DNA of 62,792 nucleotides, the filler included. It is 6 parts of 6 records of this genome, joined end to end, with 100 filler letters (N's around TTAATTAATTAA, not from the genome) between each part and the next. Parts side by side here need not be neighbours in the genome. Positions count along the whole stretch, not along the records: positions 1 to 25,730 come from SRR20825019_2887; positions 25,831 to 35,983 come from SRR20825019_2890; 4 more parts are not named here. The stretch is one strand, 5' to 3'. Below are positions 22,108 through 32,622 of the stretch, piece after piece; within the stretch, counting starts at the first letter, position 1, and each line of letters begins with the position of its first letter. The position numbers and the translations under genes were made by a program. The notes below the pieces were generated by a model, which was given only the letters and a program-made list of their open reading frames with translations, searched no databases and was not told the origin of the DNA.

Positions 22108-23277
22108 ATGGCAAAATTTTTAATACTAGGAAGCGGAGAATTAGGCAAAGAATTCATCATTGCAGCTAAGCGAATTGGACAAACAGTTATTGCTGTAGAC
22201 AGCTATGAAAATGCCCCCGCAGCTCAACTTGCAGATTTTTCGGAAGTAATAAACATGCTCGACGGAAAAGCACTTGACGCCATTGTTGAAAAATACAAAC
22301 CAGATTATATAGTTCCTGAAATTGAAGCAATTCGTACAGAGCGGTTTTATGAATACGAAAAACAAGGTTATAAAATAATTCCTTCAGCTAAAGCAGCAAA
22401 TTTTACAATGAACCGAAAAGCAATTCGCGATTTAGCTTCAAAAGAACTAGGACTTAAAACTGCTTCATATCGATACGCAACCTCAGCCGAAAGTTTAAAA
22501 AAGGCTGTAGCAGAAATAGGAACTCCCTGCGTTGTAAAACCCCTAATGTCTTCCAGCGGAAAAGGGCAAAGCACCATAAAAACTGATGCTGACATTGAAA
22601 AAGCTTGGAAGTATTCACAAGAAGGTTCTAGAGGTGATGTTGCAGAAGTGATCGTTGAAGCATTTATAAATTTTAATTATGAAATAACACTGCTCACTGT
22701 AACCCAACGCAATGGAAATACACTTTTTTGCCCACCAATTGGCCATAGACAAGAACGGGGTGATTATATGGAAAGCTGGCAACCAGCACCCATGAAAAAA
22801 GACGTTTTAAAAGAAGCTGAACAAATGGCTGAAAAAGTAACCACCGCACTTACTGGCTATGGAATCTGGGGCGTAGAATTTTTTGTAGCAGATGACGGTG
22901 TTTATTTCTCTGAACTTTCACCGCGTCCTCACGATACTGGCATGGTGACATTAGCTAACACACAAAATTTTAATGAATTCGAGCTACATCTTAGAGCCAT
23001 ACTCGGTCTTCCTATTCCAGAAATAACGCAGGAACGCATCGGGACTAGCGCAGTAATTTTAGCTTCGGATCATTCTGAAAACCCAACTTATGAGGGACTT
23101 GAAATAGTAGCTGCTTCCCCTAAAACAGATTTTCGGATTTTTGGAAAACATACCGCTAGACCTTACCGACGAATGGGTATTGTTTTAACTTATGATACTT
23201 TGGATGGAAATATTTCAGAAGTAACAGAAAAGGCTAAAAATTTGGCTTCAAAAGTAAAAGTAGTTTCTGGCAAGTGA
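22108..23277 (+). CDS. purT: Formate-dependent phosphoribosylglycinamide formyltransferase
   Basis: [41 protein letters not shown]. Confidence 0.96.
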   Translation: MAKFLILGSGELGKEFIIAAKRIGQTVIAVDSYENAPAAQLADFSEVINMLDGKALDAIVEKYKPDYIVPEIEAIRTERFYEYEKQGYKIIPSAKAANFTMNRKAIRDLASKELGLKTASYRYATSAESLKKAVAEIGTPCVVKPLMSSSGKGQSTIKTDADIEKAWKYSQEGSRGDVAEVIVEAFINFNYEITLLTVTQRNGNTLFCPPIGHRQERGDYMESWQPAPMKKDVLKEAEQMAEKVTTALTGYGIWGVEFFVADDGVYFSELSPRPHDTGMVTLANTQNFNEFELHLRAILGLPIPEITQERIGTSAVILASDHSENPTYEGLEIVAASPKTDFRIFGKHTARPYRRMGIVLTYDTLDGNISEVTEKAKNLASKVKVVSGK

Positions 23278-23296
23278 ACGAACTTTTAAAAATAGA

Positions 23297-23330
23297 AAGA
23301 ATCAAGAGCCAAGAATCAAGAGCCAAGATT
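23297..23330. repeat. Compound heptamer repeat (AAGAATC AAGAGCC)x2 + AAGATT
   Basis: Read directly in the purT-trkH intergenic region. Confidence 0.8.
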
Positions 23331-23484
23331 AGAGAACAATAATTTCAGAAACCAACAACTCGCCTCTCATTGTTCATCACTAGATTCCAAACACATCTGC
23401 TGGAAGAATAATCAAAACCCCTAACTTCAGGATAAACATAATTCCAATTTATTTAATTTTTTTTTGGAATTTGGAATTTCCCCT

Positions 23485-24990
23485 TTATCTATTTCTCCAG
23501 AAAAAAGGTGTGAGTAAGATAAGAACTGTAAACAATTCTAATCTACCAATGAGCATTAAGAAACTAGACCACCATTTTGCCGCATCTGGAAGGCTTGCGT
23601 AATTATTAACTGGCCCAAGATCGCCTAAAGCTGGACCAACATTTCCTAGGGTTGAAGCAGCTCCGCCAAGAGCTGTTTTAAAATCCAATCCTAACCATGA
23701 AAAAACCAAGGTTCCAACAATAAAGGAAAGCATATAAAGAATAAAGAAGCCCAGAATATTAAAAACAATGGGCTGTGGTACCGCTCTACTATTATAACGA
23801 ACAGGCAAAATAGCATGTGGATGAAGGGTTCTTTTAAACTCCAACACCCCGTTTTTAATCATAATTAAATGTCGCATTACCTTAACGCCTCCAGCTGTTG
23901 AGCCAGCACAACCACCCAAAAACATCATCCCGAAAAAGAAAATAGTTAAAAAAGGTGTCCATAAAGTATAGTCTGCACTTACAAAACCAGTTGTGGTGAT
24001 AATACTAAGCACCTGAAATAAAGAATGGCGCATAGCACTTTCAAAAGGTCCCCAAACCATTGGGTGATTTATGGAAGAAACTGAAACATTAGCTTCAAAA
24101 TAAACTAAAAGTGCCGCAATAAGTGTAAGACCAATTATAAAAAAACTATAAAGTTTAAACTCTTCATCTTGAAATATTTTCTGAAATTTTCTTTTGAAAG
24201 CAAAATAACTTAACACAAAATTGCTCCCCGCCAAAAACATAAAAAATATTATTATGTATTGAATCATTGGGCTATCATTCCAATATGCTACACTAGCATT
24301 TTTAGTTGAAAACCCACCTGTGCTTAAAGTTGCAAGTGAATGGTTTATAGCATCAAAAAAACTCATCCCAGCTAACTTCAACAATAGGGTTTCAGCTAAC
24401 GTATAACCAACATAGATTAGCCATAATCTTTTTGCAGTATCTGTAATTCGCGGATGCAATTTATCACCGCCAGGACCTGGCGCTTCTGCTGCAAAAAGCT
24501 GCATACCTCCAATACCTAATAATGGCAAAATTGCTATCGCCAATACAATTATACCCATTCCACCAATCCAGTGTGTTATACTTCGCCAGAAAAGAACGCC
24601 TCTTGGCAATACTTCTATATCGGTTAAAATAGATGCGCCGGTGGTGGTGTACCCACTCATGGTTTCAAAAAAAGCATTTGTAAAATTTGGAATCGCGCCT
24701 GTAAAAATATAAGGTAGTGTACCGATTAAGGCCATAAAAATCCATCCAAAAGCAACAATAATATAACCTTCTCTTTTTTGAATTTCTTTGCGATGGTTTT
24801 TTGTTAAAAGCATAACAACTCCTCCAACACCAAGAGAAACGGCACCAGCCATAAGCATTTCATTGAGGACTCCATCTTTATAATACCAACTTACTATGGC
24901 AGATAATAGCATAAAACCACCATTAACCATTAAAAGCAAGCCCATTAAATGGCTAATGATTTTAAAGTTTAGTTTGGAAAGAGATTTCAT
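23485..24990 (-). CDS. trkH: TrkH family potassium uptake permease
   Basis: SGYTTTGAS, STGGFS, TTTGF, GSTAGGVK, LGNVGP, GRLE. Confidence 0.95.
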   Translation of the reverse strand: MKSLSKLNFKIISHLMGLLLMVNGGFMLLSAIVSWYYKDGVLNEMLMAGAVSLGVGGVVMLLTKNHRKEIQKREGYIIVAFGWIFMALIGTLPYIFTGAIPNFTNAFFETMSGYTTTGASILTDIEVLPRGVLFWRSITHWIGGMGIIVLAIAILPLLGIGGMQLFAAEAPGPGGDKLHPRITDTAKRLWLIYVGYTLAETLLLKLAGMSFFDAINHSLATLSTGGFSTKNASVAYWNDSPMIQYIIIFFMFLAGSNFVLSYFAFKRKFQKIFQDEEFKLYSFFIIGLTLIAALLVYFEANVSVSSINHPMVWGPFESAMRHSLFQVLSIITTTGFVSADYTLWTPFLTIFFFGMMFLGGCAGSTAGGVKVMRHLIMIKNGVLEFKRTLHPHAILPVRYNSRAVPQPIVFNILGFFILYMLSFIVGTLVFSWLGLDFKTALGGAASTLGNVGPALGDLGPVNNYASLPDAAKWWSSFLMLIGRLELFTVLILLTPFFWRNR

Positions 24991-25730
24991 TATATAAAGA
25001 GTTTTTCAACTTTCCCAATAGATTGCGGAAGGCAACAAACCACTACTCTATCTCCGTTTCTAATTTCAAAATCGCCTAAAGCTATGATACCTTCACCGTT
25101 TCTAACTATACCCCCAATAATAGCTGATACAGGAAACCCAAGGTCTTTAATTTTTTTATTACAAACCTTGGAATGTGAGGAAACCATAAACTCTAACAAT
25201 TCGGCATTCATATTGTTTAACTTCGTCATGGCTACAACTTCGCCTCGACGCACATACCTAAAAATATTATTCGCAGCTAGTAGTTTTTTATTAATAAGTG
25301 TATCAATGCCAATAGAATGTGACAGTTGAAAATAATCCATATTCTCTACCAAAGCAATCGCTTTTTTTACACCTTTAGATTTTGCAACAAGACAAGACAT
25401 AATGTTTGTTTCACTATTACCAGTTACTGCAATAAACGCATCCATATCTTCTATAGATTCTTCCGATAATAAATCCACGTTTCTACCATCCCCATTAATC
25501 ACCAAACATCCTGGAATATCGTCTGCAATTTCAAAAGCTTTATCTTTTATACTTTCAATAAGTTTAACATTAAAACGACTTTTACATAAATCTTTGGCGG
25601 TTTTATAACCAATTTTACTTCCGCCAAGAATCATAACATTTTTTATTTCCTGTTTACTTTTTCCAGAAAGTTTAAAAATTTGTTCGTCTCCTTTTTCTAC
25701 GGTTGTAAAATATACTTGATCTCCTTCTTT
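24990..25730 (-). CDS. trkA: Trk system NAD-binding subunit TrkA (5'-truncated by gap)
   Basis: Frame open to the contig edge (KEGDQVYF...KNVMILGGSKIG); RCK-N and RCK-C domains. Confidence 0.93.
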   Translation of the reverse strand, partial: KEGDQVYFTTVEKGDEQIFKLSGKSKQEIKNVMILGGSKIGYKTAKDLCKSRFNVKLIESIKDKAFEIADDIPGCLVINGDGRNVDLLSEESIEDMDAFIAVTGNSETNIMSCLVAKSKGVKKAIALVENMDYFQLSHSIGIDTLINKKLLAANNIFRYVRRGEVVAMTKLNNMNAELLEFMVSSHSKVCNKKIKDLGFPVSAIIGGIVRNGEGIIALGDFEIRNGDRVVVCCLPQSIGKVEKLFI

Positions 25731-25830
25731 NNNNNNNNNNNNNNNNNNNNNNNNNNNNNNNNNNNNNNNNNNNNTTAATTAATTAANNNNNNNNNNNNNN
25801 NNNNNNNNNNNNNNNNNNNNNNNNNNNNNN
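25731..25830. other. Artificial contig linker N44-TTAATTAATTAA-N44
   Basis: Six-frame stop spacer; identical linkers at 35984-36083, 42173-42272, 50653-50752 and 57628-57727. Confidence 0.99.
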
Positions 25831-25831
25831 C

Positions 25832-26257
25832 AATAATATCAAGACAAACATTCGCGAACTGGAAGGTGCTATTATATCATTGATTGCTCATTCTTCTTTC
25901 AATAGAAAAGAAATTACCATTGATCTTGCACGCAAGATTGTGGATAATTATGTGAAACACACCAAACGTGAAGTTTCTATAGATTACATTCAAAAAGTGG
26001 TGAGTGATTACTTCCAAATGGATGTAGACACCTTACAATCAAAAACTAGAAAAAGACACATTGTTCAGGCGCGCCAGCTAGCTATGTTTTTTGCGAAAAA
26101 ATTCACAAAAGCTTCACTTGCATCTATTGGCTCACAAATTGGGCAACGTGATCATGCAACGGTGCTTCACGCATGCAAAACTGTTGATAACCTGTCAACT
26201 ACCGACAAACAGTTTCGCAAATATGTAGAAGATCTTAATAAAAAACTGACGCTTTAA
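25832..26257 (+). CDS. dnaA: Chromosomal replication initiator DnaA, C-terminal part
   Basis: NIRELEGA, RQLAMF, SLASIG, RDHATVLHAC domain IV. Confidence 0.97.
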   Translation, partial: NNIKTNIRELEGAIISLIAHSSFNRKEITIDLARKIVDNYVKHTKREVSIDYIQKVVSDYFQMDVDTLQSKTRKRHIVQARQLAMFFAKKFTKASLASIGSQIGQRDHATVLHACKTVDNLSTTDKQFRKYVEDLNKKLTL

Positions 26258-26338
26258 TATAGTATTCTGCAGCAAGGGTTTACAGTTAATATATCTTCTT
26301 GGTTTTGCTAAACTTTTAAACTTCTTAAACTCGTTGTT

Positions 26339-26794
26339 TTGAAAAAACACAAAATTTTAATGGTCTGCCTTGGCAATATTTGTCGCTCTCCTTTAGCCGA
26401 AGGAATACTAAAATCTAAAATAAACACTTCAGAAGTATATGTAGATTCTGCAGGAACAGGACATTGGCATATAGGAAACCAACCCGATAAACGAAGTATT
26501 GCAGTCGCAAAAAAACACGGAATTAATATTACAAACCAACGTGGAAGACAGTTTAGCAAAAAAGATTTTGAGGAATTTGATTTAATTTACGTTATGGACA
26601 CTAGCAACAAAGAAGATGTTCTTACACTTGCAGAAAATGATGCTCAAAAAGGAAAAGTGAAACTGATTCTTGATGAAATTTTTCCTGGTGAAAATGTGGA
26701 TGTTCCAGATCCATATTTTGGAGGTGATTTAGGTTTCGACCATGTTTTTAAAATGCTAGATGAAGCCTGTGACGAAATTATAAAATCACTTTAA
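26339..26794 (+). CDS. Low molecular weight protein-tyrosine phosphatase
   Basis: CLGNICRSP, DSAGT, VPDPYF. Confidence 0.95.
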   Translation: MKKHKILMVCLGNICRSPLAEGILKSKINTSEVYVDSAGTGHWHIGNQPDKRSIAVAKKHGINITNQRGRQFSKKDFEEFDLIYVMDTSNKEDVLTLAENDAQKGKVKLILDEIFPGENVDVPDPYFGGDLGFDHVFKMLDEACDEIIKSL

Positions 26795-26951
26795 GATTGA
26801 TATTCAGGCATTTTGACTAACTTAGTTGTTCATCTAAAAAAGTTGTAATTAAAAATAATTTCAAGCTTAAATTCAGGAATATATTTTGTGAAGATTACTT
26901 CAGCAAAAGGACTTTCTGCAGTAAAAAAATTAATGATCCAATAATTATTTG

Positions 26952-27665
26952 ATGAATACTAAAAAAGGCAATTTATACCTAATTCCCTGTACATTGGGAG
27001 ATACAAACCCAATGGCAGTACTTCCGCAAAATGTAAAAAATGCAGTAGAAACCATTGATCATTATATTGTGGAGCATGAAAAAAATGCAAGACGTTTTAT
27101 AAAAAGTATTGTTCCTGAAAAGCAACAATCTATCTTACAGATTCAAGAAATAAATAAATTCACAAATCCTGAAGAAATTGCGCCAATGCTAAACCCATGT
27201 TTGGACGGTTTTGATGTTGGGGTTCTAAGCGATGCCGGTTGCCCTGGTATTGCAGATCCTGGTGCTAGAGCAGTTCATTATGCTCATGAAAAAGGGATAA
27301 AAGTAGTTCCTTTGGTTGGGCCATCGTCTATTTTACTTGCAATGATGGCGAGTGGATTTAATGGGCAGAATTTTGCTTTTAATGGCTATTTACCAATCGA
27401 TAAAGGGCAACGCAAAGCAGAGCTTAAACGGCTAGAGAAAATTTCAAAAGATATTGATCAATCACAACTTTTTATTGAAACACCATATCGTAACAATCAA
27501 ATGTTGCAAAGCCTTACAGAAAATCTAAGTGCAAACACCAGAATATGTGTTGCCTGCGATATAACATTGCCTTCTGAATATATAAAAACTGCTACGGTAG
27601 AATTATGGAAAAAAATAAAGGTGGACCTTCATAAAAGACCCACCTTATTTATTATTCAAGGATAA
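26952..27665 (+). CDS. RsmI-like tetrapyrrole-methylase family SAM-dependent methyltransferase
   Basis: LYLIP, SDAGCPGIADPG, VGPSS, FIETPYRN. Confidence 0.88.
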   Translation: MNTKKGNLYLIPCTLGDTNPMAVLPQNVKNAVETIDHYIVEHEKNARRFIKSIVPEKQQSILQIQEINKFTNPEEIAPMLNPCLDGFDVGVLSDAGCPGIADPGARAVHYAHEKGIKVVPLVGPSSILLAMMASGFNGQNFAFNGYLPIDKGQRKAELKRLEKISKDIDQSQLFIETPYRNNQMLQSLTENLSANTRICVACDITLPSEYIKTATVELWKKIKVDLHKRPTLFIIQG

Positions 27666-27668
27666 TAA

Positions 27669-28319
27669 TTACATTAACCTTGGTTTTCTATTAGGTACAA
27701 TATGGGAAGTATCATAACCTGAAAATTTTCTTAAGTAGTAACGAATGGAAGTACCATTTGCATCTTCAAATCTATTTTCACCAGCACTTCTAAGAAATTT
27801 TTTTACATTTCCTGGTCCAGCCAAATGTGCAGCTGCTAAAATTCCAGATTCAGTAACTTTAATACCTGCAATTGTTTTACCAGAATAACGCTTAATATCT
27901 TTTCTAAGAACCCACTTGTTAAGCGAAGTATATGCTAAAAAAGCTGCTTCCTGTTGCAGTGTATTGTCTAGAAACTCATCTGTATTTTTAAGCCCCATCA
28001 TTCTAAGGGTTGCTCTTGAAAACTGATATTTTCCCATATATCCGTAATCATTCACAATATTATAATCCCCTCTTGATTCTTTAAAACCTAATGCTTCTTT
28101 AAAACCTACATATGATTTTCCTAAAAACAAATAAAACTTTGGCGTAATAGGAGCCGTAAATGTAGCAATGTGTTCAGCTTCTGTTGGCACATTATAATCC
28201 AACTCTAACCCTTCTGTGCTATACGCAGAAAAGTCGTAACCTTCTTTTGTATTAAAACCCGTCCCTACCACTATGGTAACAACAAGTAAAACTGCAATTA
28301 AAGATATTCTTTTTTTCAT
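27669..28319 (-). CDS. Secreted/anchored lysozyme-like (transglycosylase-fold) protein
   Basis: N-terminal TM/signal; KES.G.Y..VN..GY.GKYQF and LAAAHLAGPG motifs. Confidence 0.65.
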   Translation of the reverse strand: MKKRISLIAVLLVVTIVVGTGFNTKEGYDFSAYSTEGLELDYNVPTEAEHIATFTAPITPKFYLFLGKSYVGFKEALGFKESRGDYNIVNDYGYMGKYQFSRATLRMMGLKNTDEFLDNTLQQEAAFLAYTSLNKWVLRKDIKRYSGKTIAGIKVTESGILAAAHLAGPGNVKKFLRSAGENRFEDANGTSIRYYLRKFSGYDTSHIVPNRKPRLM

Positions 28320-28476
28320 TTATTATTAAAATTTAGTTGTATTCCTACAACTTCTTTTCAGCGCGCAAAGATACATATTTTTTTAATAAATTGATTTACA
28401 GGGTGTTAAATTATTGTGAAAGAAAAAGCAACCCTTATATTTAGGGTGTTTACAGCTGTTTTAAAAAAATAAAATA

Positions 28477-29520
28477 TTACCTATTTAAGCCTTGACTATT
28501 TACCCAACGCACATATTCCACTTTATTAGCATTATGCTGAGAAAGTGATTTGGCGAATTTATGATACCCAAAATTGGTAACATCAGCGACAAAATAGTAG
28601 TAATCGTGTTGCTCAGGATTTAATACCGCATCAATTGATGAAATATCTGGCATAGCTATCGGCCCAGGAGGGACACCCGCATATTTATAGGTATTATAAG
28701 GTGAGTCCAATTCCAAATCTTTATATAGAACTCTTTTAATAACTTGATCGAAATCGCCACTTTCACGTTTTAGCGCATAAATAACTGTTGGATCTGCTTG
28801 TAATAACATCCCTACTTTTAACCTATTTAAATAAACACCAGCCACTCGAGGACGTTCATCAACTTTAGCAGTTTCTTTTTGAACAATTGCAGCCAACGCC
28901 ATTACTTGCTCTTTAGTAAGTTTTAGCTTTTTTGCTTTTTGAATTCTAGATTCGTTCCAAAATCGTTCGTATTCGTTTTTCATACGGTCACGGAATGTTT
29001 CGGCAGAACTATTCCAATAAAACTCATAGGTATTTGGAATATAAAGCGAAAGTGCCGTATCCTCATTTAACCCTACTTCCTGCAAAAAATGAGGGTCGCG
29101 CATTGCATCTAAAAGCGTTAAACTATCAGCTTCTATCTGCTGCGCTATATGTCCCGCTAAATTCTCTAAACGCTCTTGGTTATTGAATTTTATATTTATT
29201 GGAATGTTTTTACTTCGTAACGCATTTACAATATCGTTATTCGTCATTCCTTTGGTAATAATAAAATGACCAGGTTTTACATTTGAAGTATACTTTTTTT
29301 GAGTTGCAATTGCATAAAATGACTCTGTATCTTTTAAAAGCGGCTCTAATTCAGCAACAACATCATTTATTGTGGCATTTGTTGGAATAAAAACATGGGC
29401 TTCCTTATTATTAAAAGCGGTGTTATCTGAAAATGCAGTGTTATACACATACCACGCAAAACCACCCATACCAACTGCGCCAAGCAAAACAACGATTAAA
29501 AATATCTTTTTTATATACAT
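28477..29520 (-). CDS. mltG: Endolytic transglycosylase MltG
   Basis: PNTYEF, AAIVQKET, LQADPTVIY, SPYNTY, PPGPI. Confidence 0.95.
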   Translation of the reverse strand: MYIKKIFLIVVLLGAVGMGGFAWYVYNTAFSDNTAFNNKEAHVFIPTNATINDVVAELEPLLKDTESFYAIATQKKYTSNVKPGHFIITKGMTNNDIVNALRSKNIPINIKFNNQERLENLAGHIAQQIEADSLTLLDAMRDPHFLQEVGLNEDTALSLYIPNTYEFYWNSSAETFRDRMKNEYERFWNESRIQKAKKLKLTKEQVMALAAIVQKETAKVDERPRVAGVYLNRLKVGMLLQADPTVIYALKRESGDFDQVIKRVLYKDLELDSPYNTYKYAGVPPGPIAMPDISSIDAVLNPEQHDYYYFVADVTNFGYHKFAKSLSQHNANKVEYVRWVNSQGLNR

Positions 29521-29549
29521 TCTTTAAATACTAAATTCTGAATTAAAAA

Positions 29550-30074
29550 CTAACGTATCAACTGATACAAATATTCACTTTTATACTTTCCTTCGGAAAA
29601 AATCCAATCTTTTTTTAAACCACTTCTCTCAAAGCCTGCTTTTTCAAAAAGCATTAAACTGGGGTTATTTTCTTCCGAAATACCTGCATAAACACTATGC
29701 ACATTCAAATGTGAAAAAGCATAATTACAAGTAATTTCTAATGCTTCCGAAGCAAAACCTTTTCGTTTATCTTCTTCAGAAAAAACCACAATACCAACAC
29801 CTACTCTATTGTGTTTGGGGTCAAAATCAAAAAGATCTATCAACCCAACAACAGTTTCACTCCCATTTATGCAAATTACCAAACGTAGCTGTTTAACATC
29901 ATAAATATCGCGGTGGCTATTTTCTAAATACTGCGATAGAATAAATTTAGAATATGGAGTTGTGGTATTACTAACTTCCCAAAGGGATTCGTCGTTTTCC
30001 AATTGGTATAAAAACTCCAAATCTGTAGGTTCCAAAGCACGCAGAAATATGTTTTCTCCTTTTAAAGTTCTCAT
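29550..30074 (-). CDS. GNAT (RimJ/RimL/SpeG-like) N-acetyltransferase
   Basis: LRALEP.D, RKGFASEAL, N..S..LFEKAGF; ATGA overlap with the dapF stop. Confidence 0.88.
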   Translation of the reverse strand: MRTLKGENIFLRALEPTDLEFLYQLENDESLWEVSNTTTPYSKFILSQYLENSHRDIYDVKQLRLVICINGSETVVGLIDLFDFDPKHNRVGVGIVVFSEEDKRKGFASEALEITCNYAFSHLNVHSVYAGISEENNPSLMLFEKAGFERSGLKKDWIFSEGKYKSEYLYQLIR

Positions 30075-30844
30075 TTCCAAATTCCTTTAAAAACTTGTGT
30101 TGCAGGCCCTTCTAAATAGACATTTTTATAGCAATCAGCTTCTTTTTCAAAACGTACTTGCAATGTTCCTCCTGGCGTTTTAAGGGTTACTTTATTTTGT
30201 GAAGTTTTACCAGTTTCAAACATGGCAATGGCAACCGCAGTTACGCCTGTGCCACAAGAAAAAGTTTCGTCTTCCACACCGCGCTCATAGGTTCTTACAG
30301 CAAACACGGCATCACCTTCCCGCTCCACAAAATTAATATTAGAACCTTCTTTTCCGTAGGTTGTATTGCGAATTGTTTTTCCAGTATCAAAAACATTAAA
30401 TTCTTGAAGGTTGGAAACTAGCGCAACATGATGTGGTGAACCTGTGTTCAAAAAAGTATGACTTTCAAAAACATTTACTTTCGCTACATCGTTCATTTTT
30501 AAAGAAACCCAATCCTCTTTTACTGTGGTTTCATGCATCCCATCAACAGCTTCAAAAGTTGCCTTTTCTGAAATAATATTTAGAAATTTCGCAAAATGTG
30601 AAATACACCTCCCACCATTTCCACACATCGTGCTTAGGTTACCATCACTATTATAATAAACCATTTTGAAGTCTGCCGAAGGATGATTTTCCAATAAAAT
30701 CAACCCATCTGCTCCTACGCCAAAACGTCGGTCGCAAATTTTAGCAACAAGTGCTGTGTCTTTCTTCGGAAAAAAATCTTCCCGATTATCTATTAGCACA
30801 AAATCGTTGCCTGTACCTTGGTATTTATAAAAAGTGAAATCCAT
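30071..30844 (-). CDS. dapF: Diaminopimelate epimerase
   Basis: GTGNDF, MCGNGGRC, TGSPH, ERGVEDETFSCGTG. Confidence 0.96.
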   Translation of the reverse strand: MDFTFYKYQGTGNDFVLIDNREDFFPKKDTALVAKICDRRFGVGADGLILLENHPSADFKMVYYNSDGNLSTMCGNGGRCISHFAKFLNIISEKATFEAVDGMHETTVKEDWVSLKMNDVAKVNVFESHTFLNTGSPHHVALVSNLQEFNVFDTGKTIRNTTYGKEGSNINFVEREGDAVFAVRTYERGVEDETFSCGTGVTAVAIAMFETGKTSQNKVTLKTPGGTLQVRFEKEADCYKNVYLEGPATQVFKGIWK

Positions 30845-31096
30845 AAGTGCGCAAAGATATAAAAAAACCCAGCAGGAGTTTGCTGAAAGTTTTCACGTTA
30901 AATACAAGTTAAATACAGGTTTTTGGCATACTTTTTTCGGGCTATCCTTGTTAAATTTGTAGGAGTATTAAATGAATATTTCTACAAAAAGAATTTTTTT
31001 CTCCGTCTTTCTCAGGAATAAAAATTCTTAAATCAGTTTAAGGATGAAAAATTTTTTGAACTATTTTAAATTAATATTAATTAAAAATTTCACACA

Positions 31097-32485
31097 ATGA
31101 AACAAACAATCCGTTTATTTCTGGTAGCCCTGTTTGCAGGAGCAATAACACTTGGTGGCTACAAATTTTTCGAAAACAAGGAACAAATTTCCTTTGCTCC
31201 AGAAAAAGCTTCAAGCTTTATTCCTACAAATTTTTCTTCGAATGCAGCCGAAATGAATACCGATTTTATTGATGCAGCAGATAAAAGCGTTCATGCGGTG
31301 GTTCACGTAAAAAACACAACGGTTAGTAGACAGCCCACAAATATTATGGAATTTTTTCACGGTGGCGGTCAACCACGGGCAACGGTTGGTAGCGGAAGTG
31401 GCGTGATTATTTCTCCAGACGGTTACATTGTTACCAACAATCACGTTATTGCGAATGCAGCAAACCTGAGTGTTACCTTAAATAACAACAAAACATATAC
31501 AGCAAAATTAATTGGTACAGACCCAGCTACTGATATTGCGCTTATTAAAATTGAAGGCGAAGAAGAGTTTCCTTTTATCCCTTTTGGCGATTCAAACAAT
31601 GTGAAAATTGGCGAATGGGTTTTGGCTGTTGGAAATCCCTTCAACCTAACCTCAACAGTTACTGCTGGAATTATTAGTGCGAAAGCACGCGATTTGAATC
31701 AATTTGACGGCAATCCACAATCATTTATTCAAACAGATGCTGCTGTAAACCGCGGAAACAGTGGCGGGGCATTAGTAAACACGCGTGGAGAACTTATTGG
31801 TATTAATACTGCCATTACTTCTGAAACTGGAAGCTATGTTGGGTATTCGTTTGCGGTACCTTCAAATAACGCCCGAAAAGTAATTGAAGATATTCTAGAA
31901 TATGGAAACGTACAACGTGGTATTTTAGGAATTCAAGTAGGAAATTTAAATTCAGATTTAGCCGAAAAACTAGGTGTTAATGAAACCCAAGGAGTATATG
32001 TAGGTGGCATTGAAAAAGGAAGCGGAGCAGATAAAGGCGGAATAAAGCAAGGTGATATTATAAAACAGCTTGATGGTGTTCCAGTAAATAAATTTGCTGA
32101 TTTAGCGGGGTATTTAGGTTCAAAAAGACCGAATGATGTGGTTGAAGTAACCTTAATTCGAGACGGCAATGAAAAAACAATTCCTGTAACACTTGTAAAA
32201 TTGGAAACATTTTCAATCGATGATTTAGGGCTGGAAGTAAAAAATATTACTTCCGCAGAGCTAAAAGAACGTGGATTAAACAATGGAGTTACCGTAACAC
32301 GTGCGTTAACACCCGATATGGCACAATACAAACTGGAAGGAATTATCATTACAAAAATAAATGATGAAACTATTAATGACATCAGTGATGTAAAGCGAAT
32401 TATGGCGCAACGGAATTCTCGAAGTCCAATAAAAATGACTTTTATGGACACTGCTGGCACCATAAATTCATTCATTTTTAGGTAA
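31097..32485 (+). CDS. DegP/DegQ (HtrA) serine protease with PDZ domains
   Basis: GSGSGVI, TNNHVI, DIAL, QTDAAVNRGNSGG, two PDZ-like regions. Confidence 0.94.
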   Translation: MKQTIRLFLVALFAGAITLGGYKFFENKEQISFAPEKASSFIPTNFSSNAAEMNTDFIDAADKSVHAVVHVKNTTVSRQPTNIMEFFHGGGQPRATVGSGSGVIISPDGYIVTNNHVIANAANLSVTLNNNKTYTAKLIGTDPATDIALIKIEGEEEFPFIPFGDSNNVKIGEWVLAVGNPFNLTSTVTAGIISAKARDLNQFDGNPQSFIQTDAAVNRGNSGGALVNTRGELIGINTAITSETGSYVGYSFAVPSNNARKVIEDILEYGNVQRGILGIQVGNLNSDLAEKLGVNETQGVYVGGIEKGSGADKGGIKQGDIIKQLDGVPVNKFADLAGYLGSKRPNDVVEVTLIRDGNEKTIPVTLVKLETFSIDDLGLEVKNITSAELKERGLNNGVTVTRALTPDMAQYKLEGIIITKINDETINDISDVKRIMAQRNSRSPIKMTFMDTAGTINSFIFR

Positions 32486-32508
32486 AATAAACAATCGTAT
32501 TGTTTAAG

Positions 32509-32544
32509 GCACCGCTGAAAATCAAAACTTTCAGCGGTGTTTTT
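32509..32544 (+). terminator. Intrinsic terminator
   Basis: caccgctgaaa...tttcagcggtg + T-run. Confidence 0.85.
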
Positions 32545-32622
32545 ATTTTCAATAATTATTTCCCCACACCGATAGAAATAAGTATTTTTGCACGAAATTT
32601 AAACCCTTAAAAATCCATCCTT

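Noticed and set aside
25775-25786. TTAATTAATTAA as a biological repeat
   Set aside because: Always centred in N44 blocks; synthetic scaffold linker
26795-26948. oriC near dnaA
   Set aside because: AT-rich but no cluster of DnaA boxes seen
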